A DNA stretch of 64,000 bases, from contig CDMY01000677.1 in NCBI GenBank assembly GCA_001179505.1, forward strand, positions 1 to 64,000, in the 5' to 3' direction. Below the pieces are notes generated by a model, which saw nothing but the letters and a program-made list of their open reading frames with translations, was not told where the DNA came from and made no database searches. The stretch comes from Vitrella brassicaformis CCMP3155. Its lineage: Eukaryota > Protista > Chromerida. The position numbers and the translations under genes were made by a program. Numbering within the stretch: position 1 is the first letter of the stretch; each line of letters begins with the position of its first letter. Below, piece by piece: positions 49,001 to 61,500 of this stretch.

Positions 49001-50293
49001 CCCCAGACAAGACACACTCACCGAGATGTCGTCTTCCGCAGCGGTCGGGTTGAGCACATACTCGCCATCGACGTAGCCCACACGAGCGGCGCCAAGAGGC
49101 CTCTGGAAGGGCACACCTGCGAGGGTGAGGGCTGCGGATGCGCCGAGCAGTGCCGGAATGGCCGGGTCGACGTTCTCATCGTAGCTGAGGAGGGTGGTGA
49201 CGATCTGCACCTCGCGCTTGAACCACTTGGGGAAGAGGGGGCGTATCGGACTGCAGACAGGCAGGCAAAAGGCGGGTGAGATGGAGATTGGCAGGTCTGC
49301 TGACTGATCCTCTCTCGTTGGGTTACCGGTCAATGAGTCGTCCGATGAGTATCTCCGGGTCTTGTTGCGACATCTCCCGCTTTGTCCAGCCACCGGGGAT
49401 GCGCCCAGCGCTGTACACCTTCTCCACATAATCCACCCTGGCATGGCAACATAGAAAGGGAGGACACTGACTGATTCAAACGATCTTCGCCTAGCTGTCC
49501 ATCTCACCTAAGAGGGAAGAAGTCCTTGTCAGTGTCCCTCTCGCTCACAGTGACAGCCGACAGCACCACGCAGTCCCCCATCCGAACCATCACCGAGCCA
49601 GCAGCCTGACGTGCGACGTTGCCCGTCTCGAGAATGACGTCATAGTCGCCATACTTCTCGATCGTCTGTCGGTGCACTGTCTGAGCCGCCGAGGGAAGAA
49701 CCTCCCAGTAGCTCTCGCCAGGCTCGGAATGAGGCACGGAGAAGGGCAGATCTGACAGACAGCGATACACAAAGGCCGAGAGAGGGAGAAGAGGTTTAGG
49801 GAGGGTCCAGGACGGTGTGCGTCACATCATGCAGTCAGCATCGCCAGACATGTGATCTCCCCCGTTGGCTCTGCCCCACGTCTGACACCTCCCCCACTAT
49901 CGACTCATACGCGAGGGGGCAACACGGTGGGACACTCACATGCGCACACCCATACACAAACATATGATGTATGCTCACCGCTCTCTGTTGTGGCGTCATC
50001 GTGCGACTGCACACTCTCAGGGCTCACGTCCGTCGACACGCTGAATGGAGCTGACCGAAGACGACTCGTCAATGGCTGCTGTAACCTCTGAAGGCCTTCA
50101 CTGACAAGAGGATGGGCAAAACCTGCGGGCATGGAGAGAAAAAGCACGCACGCATTCAATCGTCCTTTGCATCTCTCTCCCTACCTGCTGCATCGCCAGA
50201 GCCACGCCGCAACGCAGAGGCAAGATCCACAAGCGCGCCGAGAGCACAGACAAAGTGGACGAGTCTCCAGCTGCTGCTTCCCATCGGCTTCAT
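46090..50293 (-). CDS. pnp: Plastid-targeted polyribonucleotide phosphorylase (RNase PH1, RNase PH2, KH, S1 and an extra S1)
   Basis: [13 protein letters not shown], [27 protein letters not shown], [64 protein letters not shown] motif VIGRGG and two S1-like blocks. Leader: [29 protein letters not shown]|GFAHP. Confidence 0.97.
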
Positions 50294-50480
50294 TGTGCAG
50301 ACAGCGGGACAGCCTCAGATCTTCACCAGCGACGACAAACAATGGACTTCACCGATTCATTCATCAGATTCTTGGCTTCTGAGGGAGATCTCCATGAATC
50401 AGTGGCTGATCATAGCAGAAAGAGGCTCCTCAAGCAAGCCAACCATCAGGACGTCCAAACCGCAATTCTCAGGATCGGCG

Positions 50481-50504
50481 AAACCCTAAACCCTCAAACC
50501 CTAA
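50481..50504. promoter_or_regulatory. Telo-box array AAACCCT-AAACCCT-C-AAACCCTA in the divergent pnp/membrane-protein promoter
   Basis: Seen directly, between ATGs at 50293 (-) and 50584 (+). Confidence 0.55.
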
Positions 50505-50583
50505 AAGACAGCGTCGTGTCAAGCTCGCATCAAAGGCGAAGGAACAGGACAACAGCCACAGTATCTGATTACATAGCGTCAAG

Positions 50584-51834
50584 ATGTCCGCCGTGTCCGG
50601 TTGGTTGGCTGTGTTGTCTGTGTCGACGGTTGTTCTCTTCGCCCTCAACTTGGCCTTCAATAACGATGGCTCCAGATCAGCCATCCTGGGAGAGGACGTT
50701 CAACCAGTGGGAGAGGTGAGGCAAATATCACCTCTCCCACGCCTCTCGTGACTTTGCCTGTGTGCCTTTCTTTCTTCGACTGCAGGTATCTGACGAGTTC
50801 GACTCGACCATCACGCCCAGGGGTATCGCCTTCGCCATCTGGGGGTTGATCTATTTCTGGAATGCCGTCCTTATGGTGTTCGCGCTGTATGACGCCTTCG
50901 CGCCACTGTTTCGCGGCTTCCGGAGGGGTCGCGTCACAAGTGACTACCACGCAGAGGAGGAGGCAGCCAGCGGACTCGACAAGCACCTTCTCACTCCACT
51001 CTTCGTAAGGGAATGCCTGACACACAGAGCTATGTGATGGCTAACGCCTCTTCTGTGTGTGTGTGTGTGTGTGTCTTTGTGTCGTGTGTTTCAGTACCTG
51101 TCGTACAGCCTGACGTGTGTGTCGAGTGCCGTGTGGATCTACGTGTGGACCAACGAGAAGCTGGGCCTCTCAGTTCTCTTCCTCCTCCTCATGAACGTGG
51201 GTCTCTGGGGCGCCATCGCCGCCGTCTTCTCGCACTACCGCTCCCTCACCGGCGGCAGGAAGGAGGGGTTCACCAAATTCCAGCGCAACTTCTCCAGGTA
51301 CGGCTGCTTCTCTACACACACAGTGGCCCCTGACGCTCATGTGAATGTGTGTCTATTGTGTGTAGATTCGACTTCTTCGGATTCCACGCATTTGTTGTCA
51401 ACGGTCTCTTCATCTACGCGACGTGGGTGGCGGTCGCCCTGCTGCTGAACCTGACGACATGGGTGGCATTCGACCTCAAGACCCTCTCCGCCGAGCGCAT
51501 GGCCACCGTGTCGCTCGTCATCCTGATCTGCGAGGTGGCCCTGTGGTTCACGGCGCAGAACACCTTCCTGGAGCGGTATACCCGATACCTTGTGATCGAC
51601 TACCTAGTGCTGTTCTGGGCGGTGGGCTGGTCACTCGACAAGAACTACAAGGCCGGAGCGACCAACACCATCGTCACCATCGCCCTGCTGGCGCTCATCG
51701 GGCTGTGCTTCGTCGTCCGCATCTGCCTCCTCATCGGGCGGGCCATCCACAGGCGGGCGGAGAGTACCAGGACACAGGAGAGGGAGGAGCCGGCCAAGGC
51801 GACTGCTACGGGCGGGTCGGCGTGTGTGGTGTAG
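50584..51834 (+). CDS. Multi-pass membrane protein of the TspO-like/tryptophan-rich-sensory-related family
   Basis: VGE|VSDEFDSTITPRGIAFAIWGLIY and GLFIYATWVAVALLLN resemble the (I/L)TPAGxAFSIWGxIY...YxxWxxxAxxxN family. About 8 hydrophobic segments. Confidence 0.7.
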
Positions 51835-52280
51835 CTGGCCGGCAAGACAGACAGACAGAGGGAGAGAAACCGGTCATACAGATCGGAGTGCGTCATCGTA
51901 CTGTATTTTTGTGGTGGATGACTGGATGGATGGAGGGTTGCACTAGGCTGTGGTCCCACTAACGCTTCTTGCAGGGGGGGAGGGAGGGTGAGGGGAGGTG
52001 GTTTATGGGACTCTCTCTCGTGGGTGCCTGTGTGTCTTGCTATGGGGCCCTTATTTGTTGTATAGGCGGTGGATAAGTCCATTGGCACACTGTACACACA
52101 CACAGACTAACCATGTAGGTTTTTTCTTTTGTCAAGGACTGTGGGTGCGGGCGTGGATGTGTACTTCTCTTGGATCCTTTTGTTTTTCGAGCTGCGTGTG
52201 TGTGACATTTATTTGGGTGAGTGGTGACCATTACATGTGCTTTGCTGAAGGCTCCGCCACAGTTCGGGATGGCGACGAAG

Positions 52281-52303
52281 TGCAGGGTTTGCGAAACCCT
52301 GCA
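52281..52303. promoter_or_regulatory. Perfect inverted repeat TGCAGGGTTT-GCG-AAACCCTGCA (palindromic telo-box) upstream of the eIF2A-like gene
   Basis: 10-bp arms seen directly, about 170 bp before the ATG at 52474. Confidence 0.5.
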
Positions 52304-52473
52304 ACCCACGCGCGAGTTCGGATCGCGGCGGTCCCCCCCTTTGCCGTGGTTTCTGGCGTTTGTAGGCGTCGTGCAGCCTGTTGCGGCCGGGCCGCTGCTG
52401 TAAGACCATCGAAAGTCCTGAGCGGCCGCTTCCGGCGCTCGAATCGCTGGGTGCCCAGCCCATAACACCGCGA

Positions 52474-55400
52474 TGAAGACCTTGATAGAGACTCCCAGCC
52501 ACGTGGCCGTGTTGGACTTGCAGACGGAGAAGTATGGCAAACTCTGGCACGGAGAAAGGATGGCCACGGTATCGGAGGACGGCGACAGTGTAAGCGGCAC
52601 CACTGGGCATCGCACACGAGCAGAGGGGCGCGGTCAGAGGGGCGGAGGAGGCCCTCGTGTTGCTGCCGCAGAGGGGCACAGGATGGCATGTTTTGTTTGT
52701 TTTTTGTGTTGTGTTTGTCCGTGTGTGTCGTGTCGTTGGTCAGATGATGATGCTGGATGAGTCGAGGAGGAGGATAACGGTAGTTGACCTCAAGAGCAAG
52801 GGCAAGACGCCTCCCAAAGAGATACAAGGTCCGCTCAAAATCAAAGGCAGGCGGGGGAATGCAATGCACGGCACTCATTGCACGGCACTCGGGCGCCTCG
52901 TGTGTGCTGTGTGTTGCTGCGTGTGTACTGTGTGCCTCAGTATCGCTGCAGTCAGAGGTCGACCAAGTGTGCCTCTCGGCGGGGGGCAAACACCTGGTCA
53001 CTCACACACACAAAGGGAAGAACGAATGGGGCACTGTGGTCAACTGCCTGTGTGTGTGTGTGTGTGCCTGTGTGCAGATAACTCTCGAGAGGAACGCGCC
53101 CGCAGTCAACGTGTGGAGGGCGAGCGACGGAACGTGGGTCAGTCACCAAATGCACACAACCAACCAGGGCGCAGAAGACGTGTTGTGGTTGTGCTGTTGT
53201 GTTGTGTTGTGTATGGTGTTGTCATGTCAGGAGCGGGAGTTTGCGGTCAGCGGCGTGTGGCCGACAGTCCAATTCACAGGGGGGGATGAGTATGCATTCG
53301 CAAAGGTACCCACCCACCTAGCTGCCTACCTACCTTGCACCCACCCACTGTGTCGCTCGTAAGACGATTTGTGGACCGTGTGTTTGTGCGTCCGTCATGT
53401 GCATGGCATGGCATGCAGGATGCCTATTTGGAGGGTCTGGATGTGTTTGTTGGCTCCACGTTGGCGGGCAGCACGTCACCCACCGCACACATAAAGGTGG
53501 AGGAGCAGCCAGTGCTCGCCTTCAAACCTTCCCCACAGGTACACTTGCCGCTATCCACAACCCACACATCCATGTCTGTCATCGTTGTGTGTGTGTGTGT
53601 GTGTGTGTGTGTAGGGTGCGGCGTTGGTGGCTGTGGCGTTTTGTTGTGAGGAGGACGACACGTCCGCCTATATCACCATATACGACCTGCTCAAGAAATC
53701 CGCCAAGGGCAGGAAAGCCAACGCCGTGGTGAGCCCAACTGACAGCTTAACCGCATCCATCCATCGTGTCGTTGTGGGCTCTGTGCCTCCATCCATCCAT
53801 CCATCCATCAGGAGCCGCACCCGCTGCCGGGCAAGGCCGAGCTGCACTCTGGTTCTGCAGATGGGCGGTTCGAAATGAGGTGAGAGAGGGAGGAAGGGAA
53901 AGGACAACATGCAGGAGGGTGTGCATTGCCATCGATGTGCGCAATGCATTGCACTGCAGGTGGAACCCCTCAGCTTCAGGGCTGATTGTAAGCTGACCTG
54001 TCAGCGAAGAGGGAGAGTGCCGGGCACTGTGTATGTGCAGGTTGCGGAGTTTGATGGCGCTAAGCCGCATTTGGCGCGATACGTGTCGATCATACAAGTA
54101 CTGAGGGGAGGCACACTTAACTACCAGAGAGCAGAGGGGCATTGTTCATCTGTTGTATCTGTCGTCAGCTGCCGGACACGAGTGACGGGGACGAGCTGAC
54201 GATGAGGACCCTGGAGCCCGTTGAAGTCGGCATCACCACACAAGGTACCCCACCCACCTACACCTCATCAACACACACACACAGAGCAGCGTCGATGTGC
54301 AGTGCATGGTGTGTCAGGTCGGTGCATGGCGACGGCGTGGCAGTGGAGCGGCACTACTGAGAGGTTCGCGATCAACTTCGTGCAGCAGGACCAAACCAAC
54401 AGGGTACACCAACCACAGACACGGCGATGACAGACGCACCCCACCCATTGCCTCTCTCGTCTGTGCCATTGATATTGATCAGGTAGACGTGTTTGACATG
54501 GAGGGCAACAGCAAGCACCAGCTCAAGCTCGGAAAGTACACACACACACAGAGACACAGACACGCACACCAGCCAGACAAACACACGGCACAGCACGGCA
54601 TCTCACGTGTGTCGTGTGTGTCAGGTTGCCTGAGACGCGCAAGTTGAAGGTGAGGATAGACAAGCTGCAGTTCGACCCCACCGGCAGGTACCTGGCCATC
54701 GCTGGCATACAAACCGCCAACAACTCGGGTGAGTCGGTGCGCCAGCAGGCGAAGAATGCCCTCCACACACGAATACGCCTGTGTGTGTGTGTCTTCGATC
54801 CATCTGTGTATCAGGTTTCGCCGCGGTGTGGGACGTGTCGACCAAGGCGTTGGGTCCGGCCGAAGTGGTCTTCAGGCTCATTGCACAAGACGCTACCGTA
54901 GGGACATGGGCCGTCACACTCTGAGACGCCGCCCATCTCCACGTTTGTGTGTCGTCAGATTCCGCCGACGGACGTGCTGCAGTGGGTGTCGCTGTCAGGG
55001 TCCCGGTACCTCATGACCGGTACGCACGTGGCAACACCAAAGCACCACCACAACCACCAACACACACACACAGCCCGCTCTCTGCCTCCTTCCCTTCTCT
55101 GCAGGCCAGACGCTGCCCAGCACCGAGACGTCGATCCACCTGTGGAACCCCATGACGGCCAGCAACACGCCGTTCAAGTCCATCCACTTCGACACGACCC
55201 ACACACACGGCAACGGCTGTGTGGAAGGCCAGGTGGTGGATGGCAATGGCAATGGTGGTGTGAGTGTGAGGTCGGACGCCTTGGTGTCGGTGCAGCTGAT
55301 GCCCCACTGCTCGCATCAGATCGGGGGAGGGGGGAGGAAGGACTCGAGCGGCAGCGGCACCTCACCCGTCATGGCGGCGGACACTAGCCCATCCAGCAAT

Positions 55401-56078
55401 AGCAAGAAGGTGAGAAAAGGAAGTGAGCGACCAAAGGGTGGGGCAGAGGAGGAACCACACAAAGGGAATGTGCGTGTGTGGGTGGATGTGTGTCAGGGCA
55501 ATGGTAAGGGCAGGTCAGGTTCTCACGGCAAACACGGACTGCTGGCGAACGGCGCGCTGAGCAAGAAGGACAGGGAGACCAGCAATGCAAGCACCAACGA
55601 CGACTCACCGTGTGGCGGACAGGTACGTATCACCCCCTCAACCACACACCACTACTCTGCATCTCACGTGTGTCATGCATTGCATTGCACACCATGCGAT
55701 TGTCACCAGGTCGACGGCCGTGGACCGCACCGGCACAACTCGACGTCTAGCGGCAACCTGAGCATGATAGAGAGGAGCGACTCGTCCAGCACTTCCACTT
55801 CAGTCACCGCACTCTCGCCCTCGCACTCTGCCATCGCCGTGGACGGACAGGTATGCCCCCTCCCCCAAGAAAACACACACGCACAACATAAATGGAGGGG
55901 TGCCTATGTTGTGGGGTACCTGGATGTGTGTGTGTGTGGCGCAGTTCACGCCCGAGGGCCGGCCGCCGAGGCTAAGGGACGCGCTGGAGATGCCCTGCAA
56001 TGGCGGCAACGGCAACGGCAAGGACACCTAAGAGGAGAGAGAGGGATTGACGCCCACCCACCCATCCAGGAGAGATAG
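52474..56078 (+). CDS. Divergent eIF2A/eIF3b-like WD40 beta-propeller protein with low-complexity C-terminus
   Basis: RWNPSASGLIV, ATAWQWSGTTERFAI and IDKLQFDPTGRYLAIAGIQTANNSG|FAAVWDV resemble the eIF2A propeller (W.P.G; F.P.G..L.IAG.GNL.G...WD). Many short exons. Confidence 0.55.
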
Positions 56079-56099
56079 AGGGATTGCCACATTTTCTCA

Positions 56100-58350
56100 C
56101 ACACTCATTTCATTGACTTGGTCGAAGTGCACTCCACGCCACGTTTTGGTTTGCTCACGCGCACTCGCACATCACATGACATGAGATGCATTGGTATGGC
56201 ATGGCATGGCATGGCATGCTCTGGTCTGGCTGGCTGGCTGGCTGGCTGGCCGGTTTCTCCTCTCTGCCTCATTCACTTATCCATCCCTCTCTCTCTCGTC
56301 GTCCGTGCATCCTCTCAATTTTCCCCCTGCCTGGTCAATCGAACGGACAGACGGACGAACGCCATACTCGCATGCCCCACACATGACACCACATCCGACC
56401 ACACCGTGCCGTGCACGCCGCGGCTGGATGGATGGATCAAGAGGGACATCTGTCTGTCGCTGTGTGCGTGGTGGCGGGGCGTGGGGTGGGGTGGGTGAGT
56501 GTGCGGCCTTGTTTGTCTGCCTGCGAGTGTCGCCGTATATACAATTGAGGTGTCTGTGTGTCGGGGTGTGTGTGTGTGTGTGTCTGTCGTGCGTTGTTTG
56601 GTGTGGTTGGCTGGATGGTCCATCCACTGGTCTTGCTGTAGAATAGCACACTCACGCCCCCTCCCTCCTGGTCCCTTTTCCTGCCTGCTTTTCCGTCGGT
56701 CACACAAAAGGCACGCAGAGCACGCCCACACCGACATGGCAACACAGAGAGAGATTTTCACCCCACCCCACCCTCCCCCTGCCCCCTGTAGCGTATCGTA
56801 ATCGTATGCAACGTCTCGTGTGTATGTATGCATGTACGTCGATCCATCCATCCATTCTGCCTTTTTGCCAAGCGTCACGTCACGCCACACCCACCCATCG
56901 ATCCACAGAGTGGTTGTCCATCTATCCATCCATTCATCCATCCATCCATCCGTATGTGTACAGGTGTCGTGTTGGCGGCAGAGGGAGGGAGACAGGGAGG
57001 GAGAGAGAGGGAGGGAGGGGTTCGGGCGGAGTGTGGTGTGGGTGTGTGGGTGAGAGGTGATTTTTCCGTCACTGCTGGGCTGAAGGAGGGCCCCCAGACG
57101 GAAGCAGGGAGGGAGAGAGGGAGGGAGAGAGAGAGAGGGATTGACACGGCACACACATGCATATCTGCATGGATTGGTGTCGGTCGGTTGTCGGTCTCAT
57201 CTGTGTGCATGTGTGTGTGTGTGTATGTATGTGACGTGTGTGGTGGGTGTCATGTCAAGGTAGGTACGGTGGCTGGCTCACTCCCCAACTACCTACCGGC
57301 GATTTTGCTGCTTGCGCTGCAGAGGGACGCGTGTGGGTGATTGTTTTTTCAACCACACACATGCGTGTATGTATGTGTCTGTGACCCAGACAGACAGACG
57401 AGTATTGTGCTCACCCCCCCTAACATGCCTACAGGTAAGGCACGGTGTGTGGACGTTGATGGCGTGTGCAGGCCTTTTTTCAGACACTCTCCCTCTCTCT
57501 GTTGATGACACGAATGGCTGCTGATGGTACACATGCGTCCCTGCATGATGTGTTAGACGGGTTTTTTCGCCGACTGCCCGCACCCCATTTTCTCGGTCTG
57601 GCCCCTTCGCTTCGGTTCGTTCCCCCCATTGATTGACTGATTGCTCGTTTTCACTCACTGCGATGTATTCTAGGCAGGCGGCAAGGTAACTCACTCTCAC
57701 GCACTCACTGTCTGGACGGTTGCGCGGGCGGGCATCCTTTGTTTGTTGTCGTGTTGTTGCTGTGATGTGATGTGCTCTGATGTGTATCATACCGCTTGGC
57801 TGGACGGCTGCGTGGCGGGGCAGGAAAGGGGCAGGGGAGAGACCCGCCGCCCAACCACCGATCGATCGATCGACCGACCGACCCACATTTTTGCGTTGCT
57901 GCGCCGCCGTCATTATGTCGGGCTGGGTTCAGGGGTATGACGTGGCGTGGCATGGCATGGTGGGGGGCGTAAGGAGGCTCGATTCTCGTCTGTATGTTTG
58001 TTCGTCAACAACACACACCAGCCTGGAGCGATTTATCGGTTGTTTGTACGTGTCTGTGAGGTGTGATCTCCCTCTCCCTCTCTCTGTGTGTGTCGCCGTG
58101 TGATCGAACATTATTCGGTCAATTGAATGTCATCATCTACGTACGCGTGTTTGTTTGTGTGTGGGTGCGGGTGTGTGGGTGCGGAAGGGGTGCGTTCGTC
58201 TCGTCTGTGTGGGTTTACTGTGTGCATGTCTGTGTGTTCGAGGACAGCAGGGGTTTGTGGGTGACCGACCGTTCACGCCGTCTATATCGTCACATACACA
58301 CGGTTTTTTGGTAATTTGTCGTAGCTACCTGCCCTGCCCACGCAGCGCAG
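56100..58350. repeat. Microsatellite-rich intergenic region
   Basis: (TG)n, (ATCC)n, (GGCT)n, (GGCAT)n and (GA)n arrays; no coherent coding signal. Confidence 0.75.
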
Positions 58351-58574
58351 AAATCGCCCAAACTACTCAGATCGAACTTGGCTACACGGACACTACACTA
58401 GACACCAGGCACCAAATGCGCGATGGTGACCTGGCGCTCCAAGAACAGCATTGCTGCACGCGGACACGACGGACAACACAGACACACAGACACACATACG
58501 CGCAGCACAAAATGGCACCACCAAAACCACCACCACCACCACCTCCAGTAGTACAGGCGCCACACACACAGGAT

Positions 58575-61500
58575 TCATGCAATGTCGACATCCGCCCCGG
58601 CGTCCCCCGCACCCACAATATCCCCCCCACCCACAGCGTCTCCCCCAGTGTCCCACTCCTCAATCCCCCCACCCTCCCCCATGTCCATGTCCTGGTTGTC
58701 GTTGGCATTAGCCTCACCCTGCCCCGCCCCACGCCCCGCCGTCTTCTTCTTGTCGGCCTTGCGCACCAGGGGCTCCGAGAAGTTGAGAAGCGAGGGCATG
58801 CAGAAAAGGAGGAAGTCCAGGAGGGCCGTGTACTTGGAGGTGATCAGGATGACGGCGATCAGGGAGGCGCGCAGCATCGGGGCCGTGAACAGTCTGACAG
58901 GAGAGAGAGAGAGGGAGAGAGACATGCTTGTGTGTGTGTGTGTCTGTCTGTCTGTCTGTCTGGGGTTGTGTGTGGTGAATGGCCCACCCACCGATGTGCG
59001 GTCGCCATGGCTACGGCAGACGTGAACTTCTGGATGATGAAGGACGGGTACTTCTGCAAGGCAAGTGGATGAAAGAGAGACAAGGATGGACATTGTAAGA
59101 CTGTGTGGCAGCCCCTGACTCACCAGTATGATAGCCGTGATGAAGAAGACGCACCACGCGTTCAGCAGCACCATGAACACCCACGCCGTGATCTCACGCG
59201 CCTTCCAATAACCCAACTGCACCAAACAAACACACAAACACCCCGACGGCGCCCCAGCGGATTGCCAACACACCACACTCTCTTGGTGAGTAAGTGAGTG
59301 ACGTACGATGAACTGTTTCTCCTCCCGCGTCTTGACCTCCTCGTGCACCTTCTTGCCGAACAGCGATCGGATGATCAGCGGCACCGGCAAGGCCAGCACC
59401 AGCGCCCACAGAGAGGCAAACAGCACGTCCCAGTTGGGCTGATACAGCTTTGGCGGCGGACGACACACCGACGCTGCACGCATGGCATGCAGAAGGACGG
59501 TGATCATGTGTGTAAGGGGTTTTCAGAAGGGGCGGAGGTGTGTGTGTGTGTGTGAGTGTGTGTGCGTACGTCTGAACTCTTCTGGTACGAGGCATTCGGC
59601 GTTGAAGAACATGGCTGACCACATGGTGGCCGTCACGAGGGCGGACGCGAAGATGCCCCACCGCTGACAACGGGACATGACGGGGTTGTAGGGGAACAGT
59701 TTCGGTACTGCAGGCCAGCCATGCACACACAGAGAGGAGAGAGACTGCTGAGGGGCATGTCTCCGCCAGTCTGTGTGGTCATTTGCTTACGGGGGTGTTC
59801 TCTCTTGGAGACGACGCCCACGATTTTGGGCGCCCCCCACGTGTGGTACTGCAGACGCTTCGCTACCATCTCAGTCTGACACACACGGACAGAGAGACAC
59901 ATGGCTGTGACGTGCCCACTTGTGCCTTCCCGTCCACTCCACACGCACTGTTTCCTCGTCATTTTTGTCGATGAAGTATTCCAGTCTCTCCCTGCTGTCG
60001 GGGTCGAAGTCGTCTTCCTCGTCCACTTCATGCTCCCTCTCGTCGTCGAGTGCGCTCTCGATGTTGTGCACGATCTCCATGACCATCCCCCGCTCATTCA
60101 CCACAAATCCCTCCCTCCTCTCAGCCTTCGCCGACCTCACGCCAGCCGCAGCAGACACAGACGCAGCCGAAGTCGGCTGCTGCTGCTGCTGCTGGCCTTT
60201 GTTCTGTTGGGTGTCCATGCTGTTCTTGACGTCGACCTTATTGGGTTTGTTCCCCCTCAGAAGGCCCCCCAGCATGTTGTTGAGGTTGGCGAGGTCGAGT
60301 AGCCATGGGAAGGTGGGCTGCTGCTGGGGGGTCTCGTTCTGCGGCTGGTTGACCTTGACGGTGTATGGCTGGGGGGACCTGTTGGGCGGCTGCAGTGAGT
60401 GGAAGGCCGTCGTCATGGCAGAGGGGTCGTGCGTGCGCTTGCTCCGCCCGCCGCGACGGTGAGGACGGGATGACTGGCGAGAGGCGGCTCTGATTGGTAC
60501 AGAATGGAATTGTGCCACCACATCGACAGGGCTGCTGGTGTTGTGTCTCACCGTGATGGTTCGGTGCTGCCAAAGATGCTCTCCATGGCCTTGGTTTGGG
60601 TGTCGGTCAGCTGTGACATTCGCGTGGCCGCCGTGTCGCTGCCATACCTTCTGCTCCGTGCCGAAGGCTTCATCTCAGCACCGGACACACCCAAGTAAGC
60701 ACCTGCACGCACAACACGACCTCCACCCAGACCAGCTAGCTGATCAGACGCCGTGTTATGCGATTTGCTGACTGACCTTGGGAGTTCCTCATTCTGCCTC
60801 TGGAAGGAGCGGAGGGGCTTCTGTAGTGTGTCGTGGAGTCCTGGGACTGTCGGTGCGTGTCTCTGGTCGACCGCCGTCTGTGGCCGGCGAGCAGAGAGGA
60901 GGTCTCTGAGTCGTCATCGGAAATGACGTCGATCAGGTCGATGAGGTTGTCGAGGTGCCGGTGGAAGAGATGGCACGTCACGGGGTCAGAAAAGTGAAGC
61001 TGACCGGACAGACGGACACTGTGTATTATGCGTGTTGGGGCATTCACACGGCACGGAGGTGACTGACTGACCGACCTTGAGGGAAGATCCCCTGGAGAGA
61101 ACGACTTCCAGGCAGCTGCCGGCCCTCTCGGTGCCCTCACCCCCAAGGTCGTCGGCCCCCCTCCCACCCCCTTTCTTGGGAAACACATCGTCCACACCCA
61201 CAGGGGACCCCACATTCTCCTCTATGTCACTGACCAGGAAACCGTACACATCTGGGAAAGGCCCCAGGCTCAGGTTCTCCTGGCTCTTGCCCATTTTCTG
61301 CAGCCACCGCCAGAAGGACCCTCGCCGCTCGCCGTAGTAGATGGCCGCATTCTCCTGAGATGAGGACGTCTTGCGGCCGTCGGGATCACGATCGTCGTCA
61401 GCACCATCGCCGTCGTTGTCTCTCTGCAGGGCAACGGCTTTCCTGTCTGTCTTCATCAGCAAACCGGTCATCAGTGTGCCCCTCTTCTCCTCTGCGATAT

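Noticed and set aside
54330-54365. In-frame TGA in VAVERHY* within the eIF2A-like gene as possible recoding
   Set aside because: The correct frame is the alternative one (ATAWQWSGTTERFAINF), which is open.
58155-59072. Long plus-strand ORFs antisense to real genes (also 9099..9824, 30502..31230 and others)
   Set aside because: Explained by high GC and antisense shadows of coding exons plus repeat-derived text.
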